A stretch of 64,000 nt of DNA from Camelus dromedarius (Eukaryota). The stretch spans positions 30,382,001 to 30,446,000 of the forward strand of contig NC_087437.1 in NCBI RefSeq assembly GCF_036321535.1, read 5' to 3'. Below are positions 26,041 through 39,039 of the stretch, one piece after another. The notes beneath the pieces are model-generated. The model had not been told where the DNA came from and did no database searches. It saw only the letters and a program-made list of their open reading frames with translations. The translations under genes and the position numbers were made by a program. The stretch's first letter is position 1; each line of letters begins with the position of its first letter.

Positions 26041-26739
26041 TCTATAGAGAAGAAAATGATTGATCAGCATCTCTCCGTATGACTCTTCAGATGACACCAT
26101 GATCATTTGAAGATGAAGTAATCAAGCAACTTTAAGCCTTTGTATTGTAATTCACATTCTCTTAAATACTGTTTGGACCTGAAAAGCCTATTTTTTAAAA
26201 GCACGTCTCCTACCTTATCACTCTCCATCTCTTCACCTACTTGGTGTTTTCCCAGCGCCCACCTCAGTATCTGACAGTATATGCTCTAATCTACACTCAT
26301 GCCGCCCGCCTCTGCAGCCAGAATGAACGTTTCTCCAGCGCAGACTCTTGGTCTGTCCCCTTCTCACTGTATCCCCAAGGCTCAGAACACAGGAAGTGTT
26401 CTGTCAGTATTTGCTGAAGGAGAAACTGCAAGTGAATTCTTCACTTGTACCAATTTGTTTTCTTTACAACTGCTCAGGTTTGAGATTTTGTTTTGTTTTC
26501 AGATCCTGGGCGCATAGCTGGACGTCTGGCTTAATAGCTGCTTTGGTAACCTGCTAACTAGAGTATCTCCTTCCCCTGCTCCTTGGGAGGATGAAGAAAG
26601 AAAGGAAGCAGAGCTTTGAAAATTACTGTAACACCTCAGCCTTCTTCTCTGGGCTCATGGGTGTCCCTCTGTTTTTACTTTTTTCTTTTCTGTATCTCTC
26701 TCCTTTCTCTCCGTTACACACAGTCTGGAACACTGCCAT

Positions 26740-26950
26740 TCACTGAGGACTCCCAATCTGCCAGGGAGTGTAATTTGTGTTTCATAAGGCACCTCATTAA
26801 ATCATTCCCCAAACTCAGTGAAATGCCTTACCCCCCTTCCTTACATAGGAAAACTGATGTTTGGAGAGACTAAGTCACCTGTCCGAGGAGCTGGAGCTGG
26901 GATCCGAATCCAGATTTGCATCCATTTAAATCCCAAGCTTTCTTCACACC
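26740..26950 (-). mobile_element. MIR
   Basis: CATTCACTGAG...TGCCAGG...GGAAAACTGA...GGAGCTGGGATCCGAATCCAG. Confidence 0.7.
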
Positions 26951-27163
26951 ATCTTCAGTGTGTAAGAGAAACCCAGTCGGCTATCACGTCTCTATGGGCT
27001 CTAATGCCACTGTTCTCCAGAGACCTGTCACTGACTGATCTGCTTCAGGAAAAAAAGGAAGGGAAACATCACATTTCTTTACTTTCCTAAATCATATTAA
27101 ATATGGTTCATTCCATTACCCACTAAGGTCTGTGGGAAATGTAACCTCAGTCATTCTGTGGGA

Positions 27164-27450
27164 TGTATCAGTTAGGAAAAGCCTTCATTTGTACATAACT
27201 GAGATTTAAAGCAACTAAAAGAAACAATGGTTACTCTATCAAGTGACAAGTCTGGAAGTAAGGAGTCCAGACGTGGAATCTCTACTGTCTTCTAATTCTC
27301 AGGACCCTTGCATTTTTCTGCTCTGCCATTTTTAGTGCACAACTTTCATTCACAAAATTATCTCATGGCCCTAGGAGACGGCTGGAGCTCCATTAGTGAC
27401 ACCTAAATTCCAGACAAACAGGAGGGAGAAAAGGTGAGGGGTCATCTTGT
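27164..27450 (-). mobile_element. MLT1J-like LTR fragment
   Basis: TGTATCAGTTAGG start; AAGTCTGGAAGTAAGGAGTCCAG; TTCTGCTCTGCCAT. Confidence 0.55.
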
Positions 27451-27706
27451 TAAGAATTTTTCTCCAACCCGTCTAATTCCTCCTCCCACTGTACCAAGTG
27501 TGGCCATGGAAACCTTTTCCGAGGCTCCCACTGACTGGCCTTGGCGCTCAGTTTCCTAATAACCACACAGCATTCTTTAGTATGAGATTCGGTTACTTCT
27601 AGGATATGTTGAAGAAAAACGCATCTCTGAGATAGAACGTGATGCAAGTCTCAGCCACCATGTTACCCACCACCAAGCCCTTATTCCCGATCTCAGGCAG
27701 TCTACC

Positions 27707-28170
27707 TGTTTCAGTTATCTTTTGCAGCATAACAAGTAACCCCTAAACTCAACAGCTTGAAATACCATCAGATATCTGCTCATGATTCTTCAGTTTGGGC
27801 AGCTTGGTGGGAAAGCCTCACCTTCCTTCCACATAGTGTTAACTGGGAACGTTCGTGCAGTTGCTTTCACTTGGGGGCACTAATGGAGCTAGAAAGTCCA
27901 AGATGGTCTTTTCTGTCCCTCCAGGGCCTCCTTGTAGCCTCTTATCACTCAGTGGTCTAGTCCATGCATCTTCCGTGGTGGCTGGATCCAAAGAGGGGAC
28001 ATTCCAAGAAGGAGGAAAGAGAAGCTGACAGTCCTGTAAGGAGCTGGGCCTGGAGCTGAAAGGCATGCCTTCCTCCATGTTCTATTGATCAAAAGAAGCC
28101 GTAAGGCCAGCCCCAAATTAAGGGAAGGAACCTCAGCCTCTTGAAGGAATGTGGCCAGTGTAATCCACCA
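27707..28170 (-). mobile_element. MLT1H/I-like LTR
   Basis: TGTTTCAGTTATCTTTTGCAGCATAACAAGTAACCCCTAAACTCAACAGCTTGAAA...CTCATGATTCT...TTCTATTGATCAAAAGAAG...AAGGCCAGCCC. Confidence 0.75.
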
Positions 28171-28679
28171 GTCTATGGCCTCTCTCTGAAGTGAGACCAC
28201 TCTTCCTTTCTTTAAACTTTCCATATACTGCATCCTCTCAGGACAAGCCCATGATAATTTCTTGATAGACCTAACCTTTCAAAACAAAGCTGTCAAAAAG
28301 CTACTAACACAATCCACCTGCCTCCTTCTATGTAAGGGAGCCAATAAAAGCAGGTTTCTTATGAAAGAGAATTGTTCTTTTCTTTCCTTTTAGAAATGAA
28401 AAAAACAGTGGGAAAGTGTCAAATTTATTATTTCATATTGCTTATCCAGTTATGGTCACATTCGTTTTTAAAAATATAATTAGCCTCTATTCTCTGTAGT
28501 TTGGTAGAGTATAGACACAAGAAAACAAGACCTAATGATGTTTATAAAGGTTTATTTTGGCAGCTTTAGCCTCATTTGTATTCAAACATAGTTATCAAAC
28601 CCCTTTAAAAGAAGGCAGAAAAATTACTGTGTTGGCTCCCACATCCTTCCTCTTCTCATTACTTAAGGAAAAAAAAATA

Positions 28680-29750
28680 TGGGGAGTCATTAGTGTAGAA
28701 AATCAGCTCAAAGTAGCTCAAGCAAAAAGAGAACTTACTGGTTCCTAAGCCTGGAAATCAGGGTGGGTCTGATCTGAAGTGTAACTGGATACAGGTGCTC
28801 AAATGTTATGATCACGGCCCTTTTTTTTTTTTTTTTTGCCACATTCTGGGCTACAATTCTCAGTCTCTTGGCTGCATTCCCTCCTGCTGCCCACGAACCT
28901 CCTCCCTGTAACTACAAAGACAGTTGCCAGCAGCCCCAACATAATTTTCTTCAAGGTTAGTCACTCCCAAGGTTAATACTCCTCCCATCCTAACGATAAT
29001 CCCAGGGAAGACCTGCGTGTTCCTGTTCAGCTCACACGTCCACCTGTGGATGGATTACTTCCCCAAGGGTGGTGTGGGTACAGAAAAACAACCTGGCCCC
29101 CAGACAGAGTCACATTCTAATCTCTTTAACCTGTGAATATGTTGCTTTACCTGGCCAAAGGGCCTTTGCAGAAGTAATTAAGGTAAGGGTCTTGAGCTGG
29201 GGAGCGTATCCGGGATTGCACAGGTGGGCCCAATGATATAATCACCAGGACCCTTATAAGAGGAAGGCAGGCAGCCTGGGAGTCAGAGTGAAGATGGCGT
29301 GGTGAGGGGGGCAGGGGTCGGGGCGACGTGCTTTGAAAGTGGAGGGAGCCACGAGCCCAGGAATATGAGTGGTCTATAAAAGCTGAAATAAGCCAAGGAA
29401 ACAGTCTCCTCTAGAGCCTCCAGATGAAACCAGACCAGCCGACACCTATTTTGGACTCTGGCCTCTAAAACTGTAAGAGAGTAAATTTTTTTATATATTT
29501 TTAAAAATTTTAAGCCTCCAAGTGTGTGGTAATTTGTTACAGCAGCGATAGACACTAATGCAAACGGGTTTCCTGATCTGGCTCGGTTAGTATTTTTGAC
29601 CTGTGGTCCCGAAAGGGGGTGGGAGATGCCAGGAGGTGACGGGGTGGGAGTACATGGCTGCTGGTATAACCAAGACCACATCAGATCAGAGAATTTCCCC
29701 AAAAGGCAAAGTCCTCTGTTACAAGAGACAGTGGATAGAAAAGAAGGCTT
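28680..29750 (-). mobile_element. MLT1K/L-like LTR interrupted by MLT1D
   Basis: CTCAAAGTAGCTCAAGCAAAAAGAGAACTTACTGGTTC...CTGGATACAGGTGCTCAAATG. Resumes after 29562 with TTTCCCCAAAAGGCAAA...TGTTACAAGAG. Confidence 0.55.
29073..29562 (+). mobile_element. MLT1D-like MaLR solo LTR
   Basis: TG...CA termini; AACCTGTGAATATGTTGCTTTACCTGGCCAAAGGG...GGTGGGCCCAATG...CTAGAGCCTCCAGA...GTGGTAATTTGTTACAGCAGC. Confidence 0.9.
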
Positions 29751-32700
29751 AATAAATAAACTAACAAGCAAACAACAACTCCATAAACAACAGCTACCAG
29801 AATCCAGTACTACCAGGATGAAAATGCTAAGAGGTGGGCAGAAGGAAAGAACGAAGCGAGGCAAAGGCCTGGAGGACTTACAGCTGAGCCTGGGTAATCA
29901 TGTCTCATGGAAGTAACAGCCAGTGTTTTCCCGCTCTAGGTCCTGAAAGTCAGAGAATTAGGAAGAATAAAGCTCACGTCTTAGGCTCAGTAATACCTAA
30001 GCTCTAATCCTCCACTGAGAGCTGACACTCTAATCTTAGTTTCCAACGGGAAAGTGAGAGAGCTGGTGCTTCAGAAACTGAACGTGAACGCTGAGAACCT
30101 GGGAGCCTCACAGGGACCCTCTGCAAGGAAAAGGTTCCTTGAGTATTAGTTTCATTATTTAAAATTTAGATTAACATAACACTAATACTTTAAAATTCTT
30201 ATGAGTTATATTCTATTCTCAAATATTTAAGTTAACTGATGCTCCAGGAAGGTTTACCATTTTCAACCTGGCTTCAAATACTCTGATTACAGTGACTTAT
30301 GTGGCATGTGTAGCCCAGCTATGGGATGACCAGGTCCCTATCAGGCCTCCAGCTCTAAGACAGTCACCATAGCTCTGCTGTCCCCATTGTCTGCCACCTG
30401 AGACCTGAGCTAGAAGGATGGCGTTGTCAGCAATAGTGAGAACTGAACTGTGGTGATGAAGAGGTTGCAGCCAAGTCCCCTTCAGAAAACACTTCACAGC
30501 TACACAAAGGAAGAGCTGAAGTGTTTTGTTTTGTTTTCCAGCTGAAGCATAGTTGACTTACAACATTGTGTTAGTTTCAGGTGCACAGCAAAGTGAATCA
30601 GTTTCATATACATATATATATTTATATACATACACACACACACACAGACACACATATAAATTCTTTCAGGTTCTTTTTCATTATAGTTTATTAAATGATA
30701 TTAAGTATAATTCTCTGTGCTATATAGTATGTTCTTGTTGTTTATCTTTTTTATATATCGTGTGTATCTGCTAATCCCAAACTCCTAATTTACCACTCTT
30801 CCCTTCCCCTTTGGTAACCATAACTTTATTTTCTATGTGAGTTTATTTATGTTTTGAAAATAAGTCATTTGTGTCTTTTTTAGATTCCACATATAAATGA
30901 TTATATATGATAGTTCTCTTTTTCTGACTTAGTAGTATGATCATCTCTAGGTCTATCCACGTTGCTACAAGTGGCACCATTTCATTGTATGGCTGAGTAA
31001 TATTCCTCTGTGTGTGTGTGTGTGTGTATGTATATATATAACACAACTTCTTTATTCAGTCATCTGTGATGGACATTTAAGTTGCTTCCATGTCTCAACT
31101 ATTGTAAATAGTGCTGTTATGAACATTGGGATGCATGTATCTTTGCGAATTAGAATTTTCTCCAGATATACAGCCAGGAGTGGGATTGCTGGATCATATG
31201 GTGATTCTGTTTTCAGTTTTTCAAGGAAACTCCATACTGTTCTTCATAGTGGCTGCACCAATTTACATTCCTACCAACAGTGTAGGAAGGTTCCCGTTTC
31301 TTCACACCCTCTCTAGCATTTACCGGTTTATGGACTTCTTAATGATCATTCTGAGTGGTGTGAGGTGATACCTTTTTGTAGTTTTGACTTGCATTTCTCT
31401 GATAATTATCGATGTTGAGCATCTTTTCATGTGCCTGTTGGTTATCTGTGTGTCTTCTTTGGAGAATGCCATTTTTTTTAAGTTGGGTTGTTTGTTTTTA
31501 ATATTGAGCTATACGAACTGTTGGTATATTTTGGAAATTAAGCCCTTGCTGTTTGTATCATTTGCAAATATTTTCTCCCAGTTCTTATGTTGTCTTTTTG
31601 TTTATAGTTTCCTTTGCTGTGCAAAAGCTTATTCAGTTTGATTAGGTCCCATTTGTTTATTTTTGCTTTTATTTCTTTTACTTTAGGAGACTGACCTAAG
31701 AAAGTATTGCTACAATTGATGTCAGAATGTTTTGCCTATGTTCTCTTCTATGAGGTTTATTGTATCTTGTCTTATGTTTAAGTCTTTAAGCCACTTTGAG
31801 TTTATTTTTGTGTTTGGTGTGAGAGAGTATTATAACTTCACTGATTTACATGCAGCTGTCCAGCTTTCCCAGCACCACTTGCTGAAGAGACTGTCTTTTC
31901 TCCACTGTATATTCTTGACTTCTTTTTCAAAGATTAATGGACAGTAGGTGTATGAGTTTATTTCTGGGCTCTTTATTCTGTTCCACTGGTGTGTTTTTAT
32001 GCCGATATGACACTGTTTAGATTACTATAGTTTTACAGAATTGTTGAAGTCTGGGAGGGTTATGCCTCCAGATTTATTGTTTTTCCTGAAGTTTGCTTTG
32101 GCAATTCTGGGTCTTTTGTGGTTCCGTATAAATTTTAGGATTATTTGTTTTAATTCTGTGAAAAATTTCATAGATAATTTAATAGGGATCACATTTAAAC
32201 CTGCAGATTACTTTGGATAGAGTGGCCATTTTAACAATACTAATTCTTCCAATCCAAGAGCATGAGCTATCTTTCCATTTCTTTGAATCATCTTCAATTT
32301 TATCAGTGTTTTATAGTTCTCAGCATATGTCTTTCACCTCCTTGGTCAGGTTTATTCCTAAATTTTTTGGGGGGGGTGCAATTTTAAGGGGATTTTTTTT
32401 TAATGTTCCCATTCTGATATTTCATTGTTAGTGTAAAGAAATGCGACAGATTTCTGTATGTTAAGCTTGAAACCTGCTACCTTGCTGAATCTGTTTATCA
32501 GTTCCAGCAGTTTTTGTGTGGTGTCTTTAGGGTTTTCTGTATATAGAATTGTGTCATCTGCATAAAATGATGGATTTAACTCTTCCCTTCCAGTTTGGAT
32601 CCCTTTTATTTCTTTTTCTTTTCTGATTGCTGTGATTAGACCTTCCAATACTACGTTGAATAGAAGCGGTGAGAGTGGGCATCCTTGTCTTGTTCCATAT

Positions 32701-33681
32701 TTTAGCGGGAAGCTTTCCTTTTCACTGTTGAGTACTGTGTTGGCTGTGGGTTTGTCATAAATAGCTTTTATGTTAAGATATGTTCCCTTTATACCCACTG
32801 GTAAAAGTTCTTATCATGGATGTTGAATTTTATCAAATGATTTTTCTGCACCTATTTGGATGATCATGTAGTTTTTGTTCTTTTGTTGATGTGTTGTATC
32901 ATATTGATTTATGTTGAACCATCCTTGTGATCCTGGGGTGAATCTGACTTGATTGCAGCATATGATCTTTTCTATATGTTGTTGGATTTGCTTTGCACTC
33001 AGTTTGCTAATATTTTGTTAAAAATTTTTACATCTATATTCATCAAAGATACTGACTTGTAATATTCTTTTTTGGGAGTGTCTTTGTCTGGTTTTGGTAC
33101 CAGGGTGGTGGTGGTTTCATAGAATGAGTTTGGAAGTGTTCCCTCCTCTTCTGGAAGAGTTTGAGAAGAATCAGTATAAGTTCCTTGTAAGTTCAGTGAA
33201 GCCATCTAGTACTGGACATTTGTTTGCAGGGAGTTTTTTTTTTTTAATTATTACAGATTTTTAAAAAATTATTACAGATTCTATTTCACTTCTAGTGATT
33301 GGTCTGGTCATATATTTCTTTTTGATTCAGTTTTGGTGGGCTGTATGTTTCCAGAAACTTGTCCGTTTCTTCTAGGTTGTCCAGTTTGTTGCATATAATT
33401 GTTCATAGTGTTCTCTTAGGGTTTTTTATGTTTCTGTGGTATTGGGTGTTATTTCTCCTTTCGTTTCTTATTTTGTTTGAATCTTTTTTCTTGGTGAGCC
33501 CAGCCAGAGGTGTGTATCCATTCAACTAGTCTGTGTTTTTAGGTTGGCGCATTTAGTCTGTTGACATTTAAGGTAACTATCTATCTATCTATATCTGTAT
33601 CTATATATAAATATAGATACTCTTATTGCCATTGTGTTAATTGTTTTGGACTTGTTTTTGTAGGTCTTTTCCCCCCATTTT

Positions 33682-35377
33682 AAAAAATATACTTTTACTG
33701 AAGTATAGTAAGTTTACAATGTGTCAATTTCTGATATATGCCCCAATACTTTGGTCATATAGGAACATACATATATTCGTTTTCATATTCTTTTTAACAA
33801 TAAGTTGCTACAAGATATTGAATATAGTTCCCTTTGCTATACAGTACAATCTTGTTGTTTATCTATTTTATATATTGTAGTTAGTATCTGTAAATCTCAA
33901 ATTTTCAGTTTATCCCTTCCCACCCTCTTCCCCTGTTAACCAAAAGTTTGTTTTCTATGTCTGTGAGTCTGTTTCTGTTTGTAAATAAGTTTGTCTCTCT
34001 CTGTTTTTTTTTTAGATTCTACACATAAGTGATATCATATGGTATTCTTTCTCTTTCTGGCTTACTTCACTTAGAATGACATTCTCCAGGTCCACCCATG
34101 GTGCTGCAAATGGCATAATTTTATTATTCTTTATGGTTGAGTAGTAGTCCATTGTATAAATATACCACTTCTTTATCCAGTCATGTCAATGGACATTTAG
34201 ATTGTTTCCATGTCTTGGCTGTTGTAAATAGTGCTGCTGTGAACATTGGGGTGCACGTATCTTTTTTAATTAGAGTTCCCTCCAGATATATACCCAGAAG
34301 TGGGACTGCTGGATCATATGGTAGGTCTATTTTTAGTTTTTTGAGGAATTTCCAGTTTTCCATAATGGCTGTACCAAACTTCATTTCTACCAGCATTGTA
34401 GGAGGGTTTTGTTTTCTCCACAGGCTCTCCAGCATTTGTCATTTGTGGACATCTGAATGATGGCCATTCTGACTGGTGCTAGGTGATACCTCATTGTAGT
34501 GTTGATTTGCATTTCTCTGATACTTAGTGATCTTGAGCATTTTTTCATGTGCCTATCGGCCATTTGTATGTCTTCACTGGAGAACTGCTTGTTTAAGTCT
34601 CCTGCCCATTTTTGGATTGGGTTTCTTTTTTTTGTTGTTGTTATTAAGTTGTATGAGCTGTTTATATATTCTGGAAATTAAGCCCTTGTCATTCTCGTCT
34701 TTTGTAAATATTTTCTCCTATTCCATAGGTTGTCTTTTTGTTTTGCTTATGGTTTGCTTTGCTGTGCAAAAGATTGTAAGTTTAATTAGGCCTCATTTGT
34801 TTACTGTTGCTTTTATTTCTATTGCTTGGGTAGATTGCCCGAGGAGAATATTGCTGAGATTTATGTCAGATAATGTTTTGCCTATGTTTTCTTCTAAGAG
34901 GTTTTTAGTGTCTTGTCTTATATTTAAGTCTTTATCCATTTTGAATTTATTTTTGTGTATGGTGTGAGGGGGTGTCCTAGCTTCACTGATTTACATGCAG
35001 CTGTCTAGTTTTCCCAACACCATTTGCTGAAGAGACTGTCTTTAATCCATTATATGTTCTTGCCTCCTTTGTTAAAGATTAATTGACCAAAAGTTTGTGG
35101 ATTTATTTCTGGGCTCTCTATTCTGTTCCATTGATCCATATGTCTGTTTTTATACCAATACTAGGCTGTTTTGATTACTTTAGCTCTGTAATATTGTCTG
35201 ATGTCTGGGAGGGTATTCCTCCAGCTTCACTCTTTTCCTTCAGTAATGCTTTGGCAATTCTGGGTCTTTTGTGAGTCCATGTAAATTTTAGGATTATTTG
35301 TTCTAATTCTGTGGAAAATGTCCTGGGTAATTTGATATGGATCCCATTAAATCTATAGATTGCTTTGGGTAGTGTGG
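33682..35377 (-). mobile_element. 5'-truncated younger L1 (B), nested
   Basis: New 3' end (TTTACTGAAGTATAGT); ORF 34181-34435 (LKIDLPYDPAVPLLGIY). Identical 10 bp TSD CCCCCATTTT at 33672-33681 and 35378-35387. Confidence 0.9.
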
Positions 35378-35387
35378 CCCCCATTTT

Positions 35388-36087
35388 TTTTAATTGAAGT
35401 ATAGTCAGTTTACAATGTGTCAATTTCTTGTGTACAGCATAATAGTTCAGTCATATATATACATACATATATTCATTTTCATATTCTTTTTCATAGTGGG
35501 TTACAAGATATTGAATATAGCTCCCTGTGCTATATAGTATAAACTTGCTGTTTATTTTATATATTTTAGTAAGTATCTGCAAATCTCAAACTCCCAATTT
35601 ATCCTTTCCCACTCCCTCCTCCCCCTGGAACCATGTTTGTTTTCTACGTCTATGAATTTGTTTCTGTTTTGTAAATAAGTTCATTTGTCTTTTTTTAGAT
35701 TCCACGTATAAGTGCAATCATATGGTATTTTTCTTTCTCTTTCTGGCTTACTTAGAAAGACAATCTGTAGGCCCATCCATGTTGCTGCAAATGGCATTAT
35801 TTTATTCTTTTTTATGGCTAAGTAGCAGTCCATTGTAAAAATGTATCACTTCTTTATCCAGTCACCTACGATGGTTGTTTCCATGTCTTGGCTATTGTAA
35901 ATAGTGCTGCTATGAACACTGGGGTGCATGTATCTTTTCAAACTAAAGTTCCCTCTGGATATATGCCCAGGAGTGGGATTGGTGGATCATATATGGTAAG
36001 CCTATTTTTAGTTTCCTAAGGAATTGCTATACTGTTTTCCATAATGGCTGCACCAAACTACATTCCTACCAACAGTGTAGGAGGGTT
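35388..36087 (-). mobile_element. 5'-truncated younger L1 (C), nested
   Basis: New 3' end TTTTAATTGAAGTATAGTCAG, ends at GTAGGAGGGTT. Host A resumes at CTCCATTCTTCTCTT. Confidence 0.9.
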
Positions 36088-39039
36088 CTTTCTCCATTCT
36101 TCTCTTGTTATATGATAACTATTTTTAGTGTTATGTTTGGATTCCTTTTTCTTTTTTGTGTGCATATCTACTATAGATTTTGGTTTGTGATTACCATGAG
36201 GTTTTTATATAGCAGTTTATAATGTGATTGTTTTAAGTTGCTGGTCTCTTAATTTCAAATGCATTTTGAAAACCCTGAATTTATATTCTCTTCTCCTCAT
36301 GATGACTGTTTTTGATATCCTATTTTACATTTAATTGTTTTGTGTATCCCTTAATTGCGTATTGTGGATAAAGATGATTTTGTTACTTTGGTCTTTTAAC
36401 CTCCCTACTAGCTTTGTGTGTGGATGATTTCCTACCTTTACGGTGTTTGCCTTTACTGGTGAGCTTTTTCCATTTTGTAATTTGCTTATTTCTAGTTGTG
36501 TTCTTTTCTTTTTTGCCTAGAGAAGTTCCTTTCACATTTATTGTAAGGCTCAATCAGTGGTGCTGAATTCTTTTAGCCTTTGCTTGTCTGGAAAGCTTTT
36601 GATTTCTCCATCAAATCTGAATGAGAGCCTTGCTGGGTAGAGCATTGTTGGTTTTAGGTTTTTTCCTTTCATCACTTTAAATATATTGTGCTACTCCCTT
36701 CTGGCCTGTAGAGTTTCTGCTGATAAATCAGCTGATAGCCTTAAGAGTTTTCTTATATGCTATTTGTTGCTTTTCTCCTGCTGCTTTTAATATTTTCTCT
36801 TTATCTTTTAATTTTTGTCATTTTGATTATAATGTGTCTTGGTGTGTTCATTTTAGGATTAATCCTGTAGGGGACTCTGTGCTTCCTGGACTTGGGTGAC
36901 GGTTTCCTTTCCAGGGTTAGGGAAGTTTTGAGCTATTATCTCTTCAAATAAGTCCTCAGGCCCTTTCTTGCTCTCTTCTCCTTCTGGGGCCCGTATAATG
37001 TGGATATTAGTGTGCCTGATGTCCCAGAGATCTCTTAAACTGTCCTCCTTTCTTTTTATTTTTTCTGTTCAGCAGCACTACTGTCCTCCAGCTCACTGAT
37101 CCATTCTTCTGCATCATTTAGTCTACTATTGATTCCTTCTTGTGTATCCTCTATTTCAGTTATTGTATTCTTCATCTGTTTGCTTGTTCCCTTTATTTTC
37201 TAACTTTTTGTTAAAAACTTCTAACTTTTAGCTCTGTGCATCCGTTCTCCTCCCAACTTCTTTGGTCATCTGAACTGTCATTACTCCGAACGCTGCCTCA
37301 GGTAGGCTACCTACCTGAGAAAGTGCTCAGTCTACCTCCACTTCACTTAGTTCATCTTTTGGGGCTTTTTCTTGTTCCTTCATCTGGAACACATTTCTCT
37401 GCCACCTTATTTTGTCTAAGTTGCTATTTGTATTTTTATGTATGTGGTACATTAGTTATGTCTCTCAACCTTGGAGAAGTGGCTTTTTTAAGAGGCATCC
37501 TACGCACCCCTGCAGTGCAACTCCCCTCACCACCCAAGCTGTATACTAGAGGGGCTCCCCCTAAGAGGGCTGCACGGGTTCTTCTGTTGTGGTGGGCTGA
37601 CTATGTGGGTGGTCTGACAGACTTGGTTGGCCCCTAGTCTGGTTGGTTGCCAGGCCCTGCCTTGTGCAGATGCTGCTGGCTGGCCCGGTCAGGAGGTGGC
37701 TGACTGCAGAACCCTAGGGGGCCCCAGCATTAGTGCTGGCTCACTGGCGGGCAGAGTCAGGGTCCCAAAGACTCTGGGGCTGTTGCCTACCGATGGCAGG
37801 TGAAGTCAGATCCTGGGGTCAGTGCTGGACTACTGGAAGGCAGAGCTGGTTCCTGGGGTCTGGCTGCAGGGCCTAGGGATCCCAGAGCTTGTTTCAGATC
37901 ATTATTGAGGGTGGGCAGGAGGTGCTGGTCCTGACACAGTTAGGTATGGGCTCCGGGTTATCCTGAAGTTTACATTGGCCTGCTGGTGGGCAGGGCCAGG
38001 GCCCAGCTGGTCCCAGGGTAGGGTCTGGCCTGCTGTTGCTGGACTCAGTTCTCAGGCTGAAGGACTGTAGTTTTCTTGCTTCTGGTGTGTGCCCCCTGGT
38101 GGGTGAAGCTGGTCTAGAGACTTGTGCAGGTTTCCTGGCAGGAAGGGCTGGTGCCTGCCCCCTGGTGGGTGCAGCTGGGTCTTGGCTCCTTGGTGGGCAG
38201 GGCTGTGTCTAGGGACATGTCTAGAGGTGGCTGAGGGCTCAGGAATTCTTTAGTCTGTAAAGGCTGTGCTCTTGCCCAGTGAGTTGTTTGGCCGAGGTGT
38301 TCTCACACTGCTGTCTGTAGGTGTTCAGTGGGGCCAGGACTTGGCACTAATGAGCAAAGATGGCAGCCACCAACAGCTGTCTTCATGTGGTTCAAGTTCC
38401 CAAATATGTCTGTCGCCAGTGTCTATGGCCCCAGGGTGAGCTGCAGTCACACCCTGCCTCTCCAGGAGACCCTCCAAGACCAGCAGGTAGGTCTGGCCCA
38501 GCCTCCTATCAAATTACTGCTTTTGCCCTGGGTCTCAGTGCTTGTGAGATGTTGTGTGGCCCTTCAGGAATGAAGTCTCCATTTCCCTGAGTCCTGTGAG
38601 GCTCCTGCAGTTAAGCCCCACTGGCCTTCAAAGCCAAGTGCTTTGGGGGCTCATCTTCCTGCTTCCAGACCCCTGGGCTGGGGAGCCCGATGAGGGGCTC
38701 ATAACTCACTCCTGTGGGAGAACCTCTGCAGCATAATCATTCTCCAGTGTGTGGGTCGCCCACTGGGGTGTGTGGGATTTGATTATATCATGGGGCCGCC
38801 CCGCCTACCCATCTTGTTGTGGTTCCTTCTTTATGCCTTTAGTTGTAGAACTTTTCTGGTATGTTCCAGTCTTTTTTACTGATGATTGTTCTGCAGATAT
38901 GATTTTGGTGTCCTAGTGAGAGGAGACGAGCTCAAGGTCTTTCTACTCTGCCGTCTTGGCTGCTCTCCAAACAGGGCAGGACTTTATAATTTCCTTGGCT
39001 AAGAAAATGCAGTATAAGTGAAACTATAGGACATCTGAG

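Larger units (their letters stand above)
30523..38968 (-). mobile_element. Near-full-length LINE-1 (host A) with ~1 kb ORF2 deletion at ~33510 and two nested L1s
   Basis: 3' end at 30523. RT remnant ORF 32400-32798 ([14 protein letters not shown]...FYADDTILY). ORF1 region about 36300-37440. GC-rich 5' UTR ends TCTACTCTGCCGTCTTGG at about 38960. Confidence 0.93.

Noticed and set aside
26480..26550. Plus-strand acceptor TTGTTTTGTTTTCAG and possible 43 nt exon
   Set aside because: Weak donor (GTAACC) and no recognisable peptide; indistinguishable from background.
29283..29916. Longest ORFs here (193 aa minus, 106 aa plus)
   Set aside because: They overlap MLT1 LTR sequence, show no recognisable domain, and begin at non-ATG codons.
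23272..33280. Tiny direct duplications (CATCCTGGAA x2 at ~23272; AATTATTACAGATT x2 at 33246 and 33267)
   Set aside because: Ordinary slippage-type micro-duplications.
31014..34967. Many hydrophobic, Cys/Phe-rich plus-strand ORFs resembling membrane proteins
   Set aside because: They are the antisense frames of T-rich L1 sequence.
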